From the NCBI GenBank assembly GCA_043803405.1, contig JAZDKB010000015.1:32001-96000 (forward strand): a DNA stretch of 64,000 nucleotides, in the 5' to 3' direction. This document shows positions 39,652 to 49,158 of the stretch, piece after piece. The translations under genes and the position numbers were made by a program. Origin of the DNA: Spirochaetota bacterium. Its GTDB lineage: Bacteria > Spirochaetota > UBA4802 > JAFGDQ01. Position 1 is the first letter of the stretch, and the number at the start of each line of letters is the position of its first letter. The notes below the pieces were generated by a model, which searched no databases, had not been told where the DNA came from, and worked only from the letters and a program-made list of their open reading frames with translations.

Positions 39652-39738
39652 GGGGCAGACACATGGGTCTGCCCCTACGGACGTTCAAATGCAAATACGC
39701 AGGCAGAATAATGTAGAGGCGACCCCATGTGTTCGCCC
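39652..39738. repeat. Pair of GTAG REP elements
   Basis: Minus GTAGGGGCAGACCCATGTGTCTGCCCC (39678-39652) and plus GTAGAGGCGACCCCATGTGTTCGCCC (39713-39738). Confidence 0.75.
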
Positions 39739-39857
39739 TGATAACAAAACAGTTCGCCACGCTCATTGCTACAAAATATCGTATCTATCCTCTAAGAACC
39801 TTAAAAGATGCTCTAAAACAGAGCATCAATATTAAAAACACATATTCAGTAAATAAA

Positions 39858-40235
39858 TTAGATATCAACGATCTTTATACTGCCTTCAGCTATCTTCTTA
39901 TTATCCTGTCCGGTTACTTCGAGCGTAAATTCGCCTTCATCATAAAAATATAAATTAGCTCTTACTCTTGTTTCTTCAGGTTTTACATCTATAGTTAATG
40001 ATTCGAATTTTTCGGACTTATATTTGGTTTTTTTAAATATATTAATAATTAATTTCCCGACATTAAATGATGACTCGGCGCTGATAAGCGCGGTCAGCTC
40101 CCCAGTGGAAAACTGTTCGCCGCAACTTACTCCTTTGCCTTCTGTTGAAACGCCTTCGCAGAATTCTATTGTTTTCCTTGCTTTGCATCCGAAAAATAAT
40201 ATAAATATTATAAATAATAAAATTACTTTTCTCAT
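39858..40235 (-). CDS. Hypothetical lipoprotein
   Basis: MRK + hydrophobic stretch + FFG-C. Starts directly after the kdsD stop. Confidence 0.7.
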   Translation of the reverse strand: MRKVILLFIIFILFFGCKARKTIEFCEGVSTEGKGVSCGEQFSTGELTALISAESSFNVGKLIINIFKKTKYKSEKFESLTIDVKPEETRVRANLYFYDEGEFTLEVTGQDNKKIAEGSIKIVDI

Positions 40236-41225
40236 CTATTTACGTCTCCCGTAATTGTGTTTTACTATATCGTGGATATGAATAACGCCGGCGATTTTCT
40301 TGTCCCTGCCGAGTACCGGAAGCAGGGTGATCCTGTTTTCTTCCATTATCATAAGCGCTTCCCTCGCAAGAGAGTCTTCAAATATCCATTTAGGTTCCGC
40401 CTTTGCAAAATCGTCGGATTTTTTTTGCAGAAAAGATTCATCTTCTTCGACCAGGCGCTTAATATCGCCGTCCGTAATAATACCCCTTAAATGCCCTTTA
40501 CTGCCCTCCATCAGAACTGCGCCGAAATTAGTGCTTACCAATATCTTTATAACCTCGCGCATCGGTGTATGCCTTTGCACTATTGGCAGATTTGTTTTAA
40601 CCATAAGATCGGATACGCAAAGCAGTGTCTGTCCCAGCCTGCCCTGCGGATGAAACAAATAAAAGTCCTCTTCTTTAACATTCTTTGCTTTCATTAAAGC
40701 AGCCGCGATTGCGTCGCCGAGAGCCAGTACGGTAGTAGTACTTGCCATGGGCGCCAGGTTTAGCGGGCACCCTTCCCTCTCTATTTTATAAGTAAGAAGT
40801 ACATCCGCTTCCTTCGCGAGATCCGAGCCGGGATTGGACGTAATCGCGATTATACGCGTTTTCATAAGCTTTAAATGCGGGATCAGCTCCGCGATCTCCC
40901 TTGTTTCTCCGGAATGCGATACTGCAATCACAATGTCATTGCGTGTAATAAGCCCAAGATCGCCGTGCATAGCATCGGACGGATGCATAAACACGGCCTG
41001 GGTGCGTGTCGATGTGAGCGTAGCCGCGATCTTTTTACAGATAATGCCGGATTTGCCCATACCGGTAACAATGACCCGGCCTTTGCATTTCAATATGGCA
41101 TCCACAGCCAAAGAAAAATTTTCATTAAGCGAGCGCGACAGATCCTTTAGCGAATCGATTTCAATACCAAGAACCTGCCTTGCTGTATCAAGATAATCTG
41201 TTTTTTTAGACTTTAGTAATCTCAT
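40236..41225 (-). CDS. kdsD: Arabinose-5-phosphate isomerase (KpsF/GutQ, SIS + CBS)
   Basis: TGMGKSG, HPSDAMHGDLG, EGCPLNLAPMAST, FHPQGRLG, CBS pair. Confidence 0.9.
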   Translation of the reverse strand: MRLLKSKKTDYLDTARQVLGIEIDSLKDLSRSLNENFSLAVDAILKCKGRVIVTGMGKSGIICKKIAATLTSTRTQAVFMHPSDAMHGDLGLITRNDIVIAVSHSGETREIAELIPHLKLMKTRIIAITSNPGSDLAKEADVLLTYKIEREGCPLNLAPMASTTTVLALGDAIAAALMKAKNVKEEDFYLFHPQGRLGQTLLCVSDLMVKTNLPIVQRHTPMREVIKILVSTNFGAVLMEGSKGHLRGIITDGDIKRLVEEDESFLQKKSDDFAKAEPKWIFEDSLAREALMIMEENRITLLPVLGRDKKIAGVIHIHDIVKHNYGRRK

Positions 41226-41530
41226 AACAATGAACCCTGTAATTCCTCGTTATCATCTATCTCGCCGGTATCTTCTTTTATTTTAAGTTTTTTCTTTCTT
41301 ACTTTTTTAGCACCTTTACTATCTTCCGTTTTCTGCAATATCTCTATTTTTCTCTCAGCTTCTTCCAGTTTTTCCCTGCATATCTTTTTTAAAACAACGC
41401 CTCTTTCAAAACGCTCAATAGAACCATCAAGATCAAGTGTCCCTTCCTCCAGCTTCCGTGCAATGTCTTCGAGCTCTTTCAGCGCTTCTTCAAAGGTAAG
41501 CTTATCGGGTGACTTCTCTTTTTTTTCCAA
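41222..41530 (-). CDS. xseB: Exodeoxyribonuclease VII small subunit
   Basis: TFEEALKELEDIARKLEEG.LDL..SIERFERG. Confidence 0.92.
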   Translation of the reverse strand: MEKKEKSPDKLTFEEALKELEDIARKLEEGTLDLDGSIERFERGVVLKKICREKLEEAERKIEILQKTEDSKGAKKVRKKKLKIKEDTGEIDDNEELQGSLL

Positions 41531-42803
41531 AATACACCTCTTTATTTGTAAAATTGACAGTACTATTAAATGATCCGTCTATCAGCACAGTCTGAACATC
41601 ATCCCCGTCTTTTAATCCTTCAATACTTTTAATAATTTTACCATTATTATTTAATGTTAGCGAATATCCTTTTCCGAGTATGCCCACAGGGGAAAGATTG
41701 GACGCGCTATTATACGCTAATTCCAGTTTGTGGGATTTCTCTTTTAAAATATTATTCATAAGTAAAATATTATCAGGGAGCATCAGCAGCCTGTTCCTGC
41801 ATTCCGTTATTAGCTCCTTCAACGATGAAACCATTATTGTCTCAACGTCGGAAAGAAACATTTCTGCGTTATGAACGATATCCATCGGATTCCTAAAAAC
41901 ACCAAGACTTTCTATACGCTCCAGTTTTTGCAGCAGGTTACGGGTAAGATAATTAAGCGAATTCATTGATCTTAAAGAAAGCTTCTCTGCGTAGTCGGCC
42001 AGCTCCGCCTTTACAGGTATGGCAATCTCAGCCGCTGCGGAAGGCGTAGGAGCCGCGTAGTCAGCAGCATCATCGGAAAGCGGATGATCGACCTGGTGCC
42101 CCACGGCCGAGATAATGGGAACATGCGAATTATAAAAAGCACGCACAACAATCTCTTCGTTGAAAGCCATCAGATCCTCGAACGAGCCTCCACCCCTGCC
42201 CGCAATAATAACATCGATATTATGCTCAGGTTTGTTGAGTTCTTCAATGCCTTTAACAACCGACTCCGCCGCAAGAGCGCCCTGCACTTTTGCGGGCGCT
42301 ATTACGATTTCAATGTTCGGAAATCGCCTCATAGCTACTTTAATAATATCCCTTATCGCGGCTCCGGTCGGGGAAGTGACTATGCCGATACGCTGCGGCA
42401 AAAACGGTATTTTCTTTTTGTGCGAAGCATCGAAAATGCCCTCTTCCAAAAGCCGCTTTTTCAGCTGTTCAATGCGCTTTAGAAGCTCGCCTATGCCTTC
42501 AAGGCGCGCCTCAGAAACTATAAACTGGTACGTCCCTCTTTTATCGAAAATATTAATACTGCCGAACGCAAGTACATTCATTCCTTCTTCAAGCTTAAAA
42601 TTCAGGCCCCTGTTCGCGTACTTAAAAAAAGCCGAAGAGATTACCGCACCGTTATCCTTCAGAGAAAAATATATATGTCCTGAAGAATGATACGTTAAAT
42701 TTGATATCTCGCCTTTTACCCAAACGCTGTTTAGCTCCGGGTTCTGTTCCAGCGTATTTTTAATTGTTTTTGTGATTTCGGAAATAGTATAAACTCGCAT
42801 CAT
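41502..42803 (-). CDS. xseA: Exodeoxyribonuclease VII large subunit
   Basis: VWVKGEISN..SGHIYFSLKD, TSPTGAAIRD, RGGGSFEDL, SAVGHQVD, APTPSAAAE. Confidence 0.96.
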   Translation of the reverse strand: MMRVYTISEITKTIKNTLEQNPELNSVWVKGEISNLTYHSSGHIYFSLKDNGAVISSAFFKYANRGLNFKLEEGMNVLAFGSINIFDKRGTYQFIVSEARLEGIGELLKRIEQLKKRLLEEGIFDASHKKKIPFLPQRIGIVTSPTGAAIRDIIKVAMRRFPNIEIVIAPAKVQGALAAESVVKGIEELNKPEHNIDVIIAGRGGGSFEDLMAFNEEIVVRAFYNSHVPIISAVGHQVDHPLSDDAADYAAPTPSAAAEIAIPVKAELADYAEKLSLRSMNSLNYLTRNLLQKLERIESLGVFRNPMDIVHNAEMFLSDVETIMVSSLKELITECRNRLLMLPDNILLMNNILKEKSHKLELAYNSASNLSPVGILGKGYSLTLNNNGKIIKSIEGLKDGDDVQTVLIDGSFNSTVNFTNKEVYFGKKREVTR

Positions 42804-42964
42804 AATACAATATATTTGTTTAATCCTGAATTTAAAATCAACATAATTTTTTCACAATGTGCCGTAAAATATTATAGAATAGGATTATTATTTTTTTAAT
42901 TGCATTAAATAGCATAAGTCAATAACCTATAATTGTTCATAACGATACAATAACCGGAGCATAT

Positions 42965-45900
42965 ATGGCACAGGATCAACTGCAGACGTTAAAACTCGAG
43001 ATAAGCAAAAATTTTACACTACTCCCTTACGAAAGAATAGCATTTCACAAAATACTCGGACTGGTAAAGTCCGAAACAGGCATGCAGATTCTTTTAAAAG
43101 AAATGAACCTGAATCCGCTGGTAAGAGAAAGTGCGATTATGAATTTAAAAGATATCAACAATAAAGAGGTACAGACTGCTTTTGCACTTCTTTTAAAAAA
43201 GAAAATTACAGACATAGAAAAAATATATATTTTTGAAAATTTTGAACATTTCGGCACTCCTGAAATTATTCCTATCGTAATAGAATTTATCGAAGAAAAT
43301 AAAGTTAATGAAGATCAGATGGCTGTTCTTTCAAAGGCGTTTAGCGTACTTAAAGCAGTCGGCGGAGGATCGGACACTGTAAAAGATTACTTATATTCCA
43401 TTGCTTCAAATAAAGACAGCACTAACAGTTTAAGGTCACTTGCCGTAATAGCGCTCTCTGCATTCAAAGACATAGTAATTCCGGGCGGAAAAGACAATAA
43501 AGCATTTCTGGAAGAAATATTAAAAGAAAATTCTGAAGAACTTATCTGTGCCGGTTACAATTCAATTTCCATTTTGAATGATGATATAACAAATAAAATC
43601 CGGCAGGACAAATCTGATGAAGAAGACATATTTACATACTCTCCAGAAAAAGACGACAGGGCAATACTGGATATACGCGTCCTTATAGGCAAAATGACAT
43701 CAAAATTCGACACATACTCGGATAAAAATAAAATAGCAATTATTAATGCAATGATCTCAAGCAATCACAGGGAACTGCTGATATATCTTATGAAAGCTCT
43801 AAACTCGAGTAACACTGTATTAATGGACATGACTCTTGATCTGCTTCTCGCTAACACACAAAAACTCCACGACCCCGACAAACTCTTCCGGAATCTTATT
43901 TCCCTGTCAATAGACAGCCCGAGAGGTGGAAGGACTATAGTAGCTATTTTTGAAAAATATTTCAATAATCTAAAAGAAACCAGAAGGAACATGCTTTTTA
44001 AAGATAAGCTGTTCAACTATATGATCGTTACTCTCGAAACCTATTTCGAAACCTACAGAAAAGACTTTATGGTTGCCGAAGTAGTGGAAAAAAATTTCCC
44101 CGAAAATGTTCAAAAAATACGCCGGTTCATTTTAAATAAATTTCCCCCGGAATATAAAAAGAAAATATTCAATTTCCTGAAATCGAACGACAGTTCCATT
44201 CTTAAAAATATTCTAACAGAGATCGGTGGATATATACCTTATATTAATGAATCCGAAAAAGACGAACTGGAATGTTTTCTGGAAATGCTTTACGAAAAAG
44301 AAATCAGGTCCAGGGAAATTTATGCTTCGAGAATTGACGATATTATATTTGAAAAACGGTATTTAAAGGACAGAATTATACGGATATGCGAAATAATAGG
44401 AAAATTAAAAATAGAAAACGGCGCAAGCCCGCTGGTAATCATCTATAATTATGTTAAAAAATATACAGATAAAGAAATACTCGATGCCGCTTCCTATACT
44501 CTTTCAATGCTTAACTATTCATATATGCTCGGAGAACTGGAAGTTCTGTTATCAGCCGGAGATGAATCCGAACAGCAAAAAGCAGTCCAGTATCTGTCTC
44601 TTTACTCGGATCAAAGATCGCTCAATATTATACTCGACTACTTAAAGCAGCATGCGGATTCCTCTTCAGACGTCATTGTAAACCTGCTGAATACTCTTTT
44701 AAAACAGAACCTGTTTGGAAACGTAGCAGCCGGTTCTGCACTAAAGGAAATAATCGAAAAAAATCAGAACATAGAAATTAAAAGGCTGGCTATTCTGTGT
44801 CTGGGGAAATGCGCAAGGGAAGCGGACATACAATATCTTGATGGATTGTTCAATTCATTTAAGGATAATCCTCCGAAAGAGGCTATAATAATGTCTGTTG
44901 AGCATATTATGAATCATGCATTAAACATTAATAAGCGGCCCATAATACAAATCTTATCCGAATACATTAAGGATCCAGGCATCAAAGTGAGAATTCTTTC
45001 CTGCTATTTATTAACTAAAATGGGCAATAAAAATGCATTAAAATCCATTATGGATATGATGACTATTAAAAATAAAAAGATCCAGAGAGAAATAATTTCA
45101 ATATTTGAAAATCTTAAGTCTATTGATTTCGCATATTTCCTGATATCGCTTTTAAAAGATGAATATGCGATATCGGCCGATATTATTTCGCTATTAAGCC
45201 TTCTCCCGAAAGAAGAATTAAGCGAGATCGACCATTTTATTACAAATATTTTTAAAAAACATGAATTTATCGGGGCTAAAGAAACCGCAGATGTCACCAC
45301 GCAGCCTGTTAACGGACTCATTGAAGATAAATGCTTTATTCTAAACATAGAAATAAATAATTTTATAGAACAAATAAACACTCTAAGCATAATCGAAATG
45401 AAAATGCTGCAACAGCAGATAAATGACATCGTTATTCCTGAAATTTCCGGCGCAGGCGGAACTGTTACCCATATACTTCACGGCAAAATAATGGCATATT
45501 ACAGGGATCCATTGATCGCATGCAAAACAGCATTATCTATTCACGATAATTTTATAAAATTCAACAGTACAAGACTTGCCGCTGACAGATTCAAAATATT
45601 TATTCAGATATTGTCGGAAAACATTAAAATAATAAATGATGAAGTAATAAATCTTGATGAATCAGAAATACGGCATCTCAATTCAATGCCGGTTTATAAC
45701 AGGATCATTACAGACGAAAATACAAAAAGCCTTATTGATAAAGAATATAACATACAGCCAATACCTGATATGGAATTTATACAATGTACTATTAATAACC
45801 GTTTCCAGGAAATAATCGGGCCGGTAAATTTTATTAATTTATCCGCATTGATATTAAATAAACTGTCCAAAGAAATTGATGAAAGGAAGAAAAGAGAGCT

Positions 45901-46144
45901 CGAGCTCGAAGCCGAGTCAAAGCAGAAACAGAGCATGCAGAACAAATCGCCCGAAGCGATTGCTTACGCACAGGCAATGGATGACCTGGGCAGAATATTA
46001 AAAGATGACTTAAACAACGTTAACAAATATATACAGAAAAGATCAACAGACAGAGAACTCTTAACAAATGTTTCAAAAATGCTTTCAAATGTATATAAAA
46101 GGTTCTTCGTGGAAAAATCGAAGATATTCTCGGAAATGGAGTAA
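42965..46144 (+). CDS. Large HEAT/ARM-repeat protein with degenerate class III cyclase-like domain
   Basis: HEAT-like units (PLVRESAI, EIKRLAILCLGK, DPGIKVRILSC). C-terminal region follows the cyclase secondary-structure pattern. Confidence 0.7.
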   Translation: MAQDQLQTLKLEISKNFTLLPYERIAFHKILGLVKSETGMQILLKEMNLNPLVRESAIMNLKDINNKEVQTAFALLLKKKITDIEKIYIFENFEHFGTPEIIPIVIEFIEENKVNEDQMAVLSKAFSVLKAVGGGSDTVKDYLYSIASNKDSTNSLRSLAVIALSAFKDIVIPGGKDNKAFLEEILKENSEELICAGYNSISILNDDITNKIRQDKSDEEDIFTYSPEKDDRAILDIRVLIGKMTSKFDTYSDKNKIAIINAMISSNHRELLIYLMKALNSSNTVLMDMTLDLLLANTQKLHDPDKLFRNLISLSIDSPRGGRTIVAIFEKYFNNLKETRRNMLFKDKLFNYMIVTLETYFETYRKDFMVAEVVEKNFPENVQKIRRFILNKFPPEYKKKIFNFLKSNDSSILKNILTEIGGYIPYINESEKDELECFLEMLYEKEIRSREIYASRIDDIIFEKRYLKDRIIRICEIIGKLKIENGASPLVIIYNYVKKYTDKEILDAASYTLSMLNYSYMLGELEVLLSAGDESEQQKAVQYLSLYSDQRSLNIILDYLKQHADSSSDVIVNLLNTLLKQNLFGNVAAGSALKEIIEKNQNIEIKRLAILCLGKCAREADIQYLDGLFNSFKDNPPKEAIIMSVEHIMNHALNINKRPIIQILSEYIKDPGIKVRILSCYLLTKMGNKNALKSIMDMMTIKNKKIQREIISIFENLKSIDFAYFLISLLKDEYAISADIISLLSLLPKEELSEIDHFITNIFKKHEFIGAKETADVTTQPVNGLIEDKCFILNIEINNFIEQINTLSIIEMKMLQQQINDIVIPEISGAGGTVTHILHGKIMAYYRDPLIACKTALSIHDNFIKFNSTRLAADRFKIFIQILSENIKIINDEVINLDESEIRHLNSMPVYNRIITDENTKSLIDKEYNIQPIPDMEFIQCTINNRFQEIIGPVNFINLSALILNKLSKEIDERKKRELELEAESKQKQSMQNKSPEAIAYAQAMDDLGRILKDDLNNVNKYIQKRSTDRELLTNVSKMLSNVYKRFFVEKSKIFSEME

Positions 46145-46581
46145 TAATTCAATAGTGTTAATGATAATTAATGCCCTTATATAATCTTTCCTTTATAAAA
46201 TATTTTCGCCCTTTCAGGAAGGGCTTGCATGTAAAAATAAAAAAAATAACCCGATTGTCAACAGGAATACAAATAATGCTTGAATTATCGGCCTGTATTA
46301 TGTCATATATGTCAAAAAAATTTATGTTTTATTTTACTTTGATTTCTGAAAATACTTTATTATTATAACAATACTGTATAATAAAATATTTTCTCTGATA
46401 TAATTTTTAAAAAAAAATTCGATAAATAAAAAAAAAGTTTGAATTATTTTCATTCTATTTTTAGAAAGGATTGCTTTTAAAAAAATAACAGCAGGAGATT
46501 CCTATACGGAATATTGCAAAAATTATTAAAAAAAATGGATCCTGAAATAGATCCGCATCTCTTTCTTTGGGGGATGGAGAA

Positions 46582-47172
46582 ATGGATAAAAATCTTCTCC
46601 TAAGTAAATCATTGAGGCCAAAAACAGCCTCTCCTATTCACTATCTTACCGTTGGAAACAGAATACCAAAGGATTACTTTGTTACCAGAGGAAAAGGTGA
46701 GAGTAATATCACAATTCATGCCGGCTCGTATCATCTTGCATTAAAGAAAGCCGGGATCGAGATGTGCAATATTATCACTTATTCTTCAATTTTACCCGCC
46801 ATTGCACAGGAAATTAAAAAAACAACTAACCATGTTCACGGATGTGTCATGGAGAGTATTATGGCTGTTGCAAACGCTGAGAAAGGCGAAAACGCGACCG
46901 CAGGGATTATTTATGGATGGCTGTACGATAAAAAGTCCGGTGAAAAATACGGCGGCCTTGTATGCGAATATAACGGCAACAAGACCGATGAATCGGCAAT
47001 AGATCAATTGCATGACAGCCTTCAGGAACTATACGTAAACGGATTTTCCAAAAAGTATTTCCTAAAGGATATTCGTTGTATTACTGAAAACATTATTCCC
47101 AAAAAGGAATATGGAACTGCCATTGTTGCGTTATGTTTTACGAATTATATTTATCCTGTTATTAATGGATAA
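46582..47172 (+). CDS. pdaD: Pyruvoyl-dependent arginine decarboxylase
   Basis: IPKDYFVTRGKG, SYHLAL..AGIE.CNIITYS-SILP (Ser-Ser cleavage site), GCVME, YGTAIVAL. Start ATG 46582. Confidence 0.88.
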   Translation: MDKNLLLSKSLRPKTASPIHYLTVGNRIPKDYFVTRGKGESNITIHAGSYHLALKKAGIEMCNIITYSSILPAIAQEIKKTTNHVHGCVMESIMAVANAEKGENATAGIIYGWLYDKKSGEKYGGLVCEYNGNKTDESAIDQLHDSLQELYVNGFSKKYFLKDIRCITENIIPKKEYGTAIVALCFTNYIYPVING

Positions 47173-47177
47173 TAATA

Positions 47178-48038
47178 ATGACAATTAATCCAGGTTTCGG
47201 AGATGTCCCTCCCGAATTTTCAGTTTATAAAAACTCAAAGATAGTAATTCTGCCGGTTCCCTTTGACGCTACGAGCACATGGTTAAAGGGAGCCGATAAA
47301 GCTCCGGACGCGATTATCGAAGCGTCATGGAATATGTATCTGTACGATATTGAAACCGACAGTGAAGTTTACAAACTCGGCATTTATACCGATAAACCTG
47401 TAAGTGAAGACAAATCCCCGGATAAAATGGTAAATGACACCAGAGAAAGGATAACCGGCCACCTGCAGAATAACAAATTCGTTGTTACCATTGGAGGGGA
47501 ACACTCGGTCTCGATAGGATCGGTTTACGCTCATAAAGAATTTTTCGGCAATAAAGTCTCAGTGCTGCAATTTGACGCTCACGCAGACCTCCAGGATGAA
47601 TATAACAGTTCAAAATATAATCACGCATGTACCATGTCCCGAATAAGGGAAGCATGCCCCATCGTTCAGGTAGGCATACGGAGCATGGACCGGTTCGAGC
47701 GCAGCCGTTCCGATGATAAGCGTGTTTTTTATGCTGAGAACATTCATAGTAATCCGGACTGGATGGATTCGGTTGTTGAACTGCTGACCGATACAGTTTA
47801 TATTACGATCGATATTGATGCCTTTGATATTTCCATTATGCCGTCTACCGGAACTCCGGAACCCGGAGGTCTTTTATGGTATGATGTACTGGAACTGTTA
47901 AAAAAAGTCACATCAAAAAAGAAAGTAATCGGTTTTGATGTCGTAGAGCTTTGCCCGAATGAATACAGTAAACCTTATGATTTCCTGGCAGCAAAATTGA
48001 TATACAAGCTCTTAAGCTATATTTTTAATCATCCGTAG
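47178..48038 (+). CDS. speB: Agmatinase (ureohydrolase)
   Basis: GGEHS, FDAHADL, IDIDAFD...TGTPEPGG. Confidence 0.92.
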   Translation: MTINPGFGDVPPEFSVYKNSKIVILPVPFDATSTWLKGADKAPDAIIEASWNMYLYDIETDSEVYKLGIYTDKPVSEDKSPDKMVNDTRERITGHLQNNKFVVTIGGEHSVSIGSVYAHKEFFGNKVSVLQFDAHADLQDEYNSSKYNHACTMSRIREACPIVQVGIRSMDRFERSRSDDKRVFYAENIHSNPDWMDSVVELLTDTVYITIDIDAFDISIMPSTGTPEPGGLLWYDVLELLKKVTSKKKVIGFDVVELCPNEYSKPYDFLAAKLIYKLLSYIFNHP

Positions 48039-48054
48039 AGACGCACGGCCGTGC
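48035..48054 (+). repeat. Truncated GTAG REP overlapping the speB stop codon
   Basis: GTAGAGAC-GCACGGCCGTGC. Its TAG (48036-48038) is the speB stop. Confidence 0.5.
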
Positions 48055-48084
48055 ATATAATACATATTTGGAGAATAATTAATC

Positions 48085-49101
48085 ATGAACAAAAAAAGCC
48101 TGTTAAATAAACAAATAAAACACATCGATATTACATCGTTCGATGCTACTAAAATAATCGATTCGATGAGCGATATGTCTTTTACAGCGCGCGATACTGC
48201 CGCTGCTGCCGAAATATTCAAGCGTATGATCATGGACAAAAACTGCTCGATAATTCTGACGCTTGCAGGCAGCACCAGCGCTGCAGGATGTATGAAGATA
48301 TACGCGGATATGATAAAGTACAACATGGTAGACGTCATAGTAGCTACGGGCGCGAGCATAGTGGATATGGACTTTTTTGAAGCGCTCGGATTCAAGCATT
48401 ATAAAGGCAGCCCTTATGTTGATGATAAAAAACTGCGCAGCCTTTACATTGACAGGATATATGACACATTTATTGACGAAGAAGAACTTCAGCATTGCGA
48501 CTCTGCCATCAAGAAGATCGCTGACTCCTGCGAAGCGCGCCCCTACTCCTCTCGTGAGTTTATTTCAAAAATGGGAGAATATCTAACTAAAAATGCAAAA
48601 AAGAAAGACTCGCTTGTTGAGTTGGCTTACAGACATGGTGTGCCTGTATTCTGCCCTGCATTCAGCGATTCGAGCGCAGGCTTCGGCCTTGTTATGCATC
48701 AGCACGAAAAAGGTAAAAACTACACAACAATAGACTCTGTCAGGGACTTTTACGAGCTTACACAGGTAAAAATAAAAGCTAAAACTACAGGCCTTTTTAT
48801 GATAGGCGGAGGCGTACCCAAGAACTTTGCCCAGGATACCGTTGTTTGCGCTGAGATACTGGGAAAGGAAGTTCCGATGCACAAATACGCGGTACAGATC
48901 ACGGTAGCTGACGTACGCGACGGCGCATGCTCCAGCTCGACATTAAAGGAAGCATCCTCATGGGGCAAGGTGGACACAACCTACGAGCAAATGGTTTATG
49001 CTGAAGCAACATCCGTTCTTCCGCTGATCGCGAGCTATATTTATCACAGCAAGGAATGGAAAAAGCGTACGAGACGCAACTGGGGTAAGCTTTTTAATTA
49101 G
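48085..49101 (+). CDS. Deoxyhypusine synthase-like protein (homospermidine pathway)
   Basis: IDRIYD, VFCPAFSDSSAG, IGGGVPKNF, SSTLKEASSWGK (catalytic Lys motif), EAT.VLPL. Confidence 0.9.
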   Translation: MNKKSLLNKQIKHIDITSFDATKIIDSMSDMSFTARDTAAAAEIFKRMIMDKNCSIILTLAGSTSAAGCMKIYADMIKYNMVDVIVATGASIVDMDFFEALGFKHYKGSPYVDDKKLRSLYIDRIYDTFIDEEELQHCDSAIKKIADSCEARPYSSREFISKMGEYLTKNAKKKDSLVELAYRHGVPVFCPAFSDSSAGFGLVMHQHEKGKNYTTIDSVRDFYELTQVKIKAKTTGLFMIGGGVPKNFAQDTVVCAEILGKEVPMHKYAVQITVADVRDGACSSSTLKEASSWGKVDTTYEQMVYAEATSVLPLIASYIYHSKEWKKRTRRNWGKLFN

Positions 49102-49158
49102 GATACAGCTTAAAAATATAACTTTAATTCCGTCAGTAACTACAAATTGAAATAAATA

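Noticed and set aside
46145..46581. Guanidine or polyamine riboswitch before pdaD
   Set aside because: Only short hairpins in very AT-rich DNA. No ykkC or ACGR twin-hairpin signature seen.
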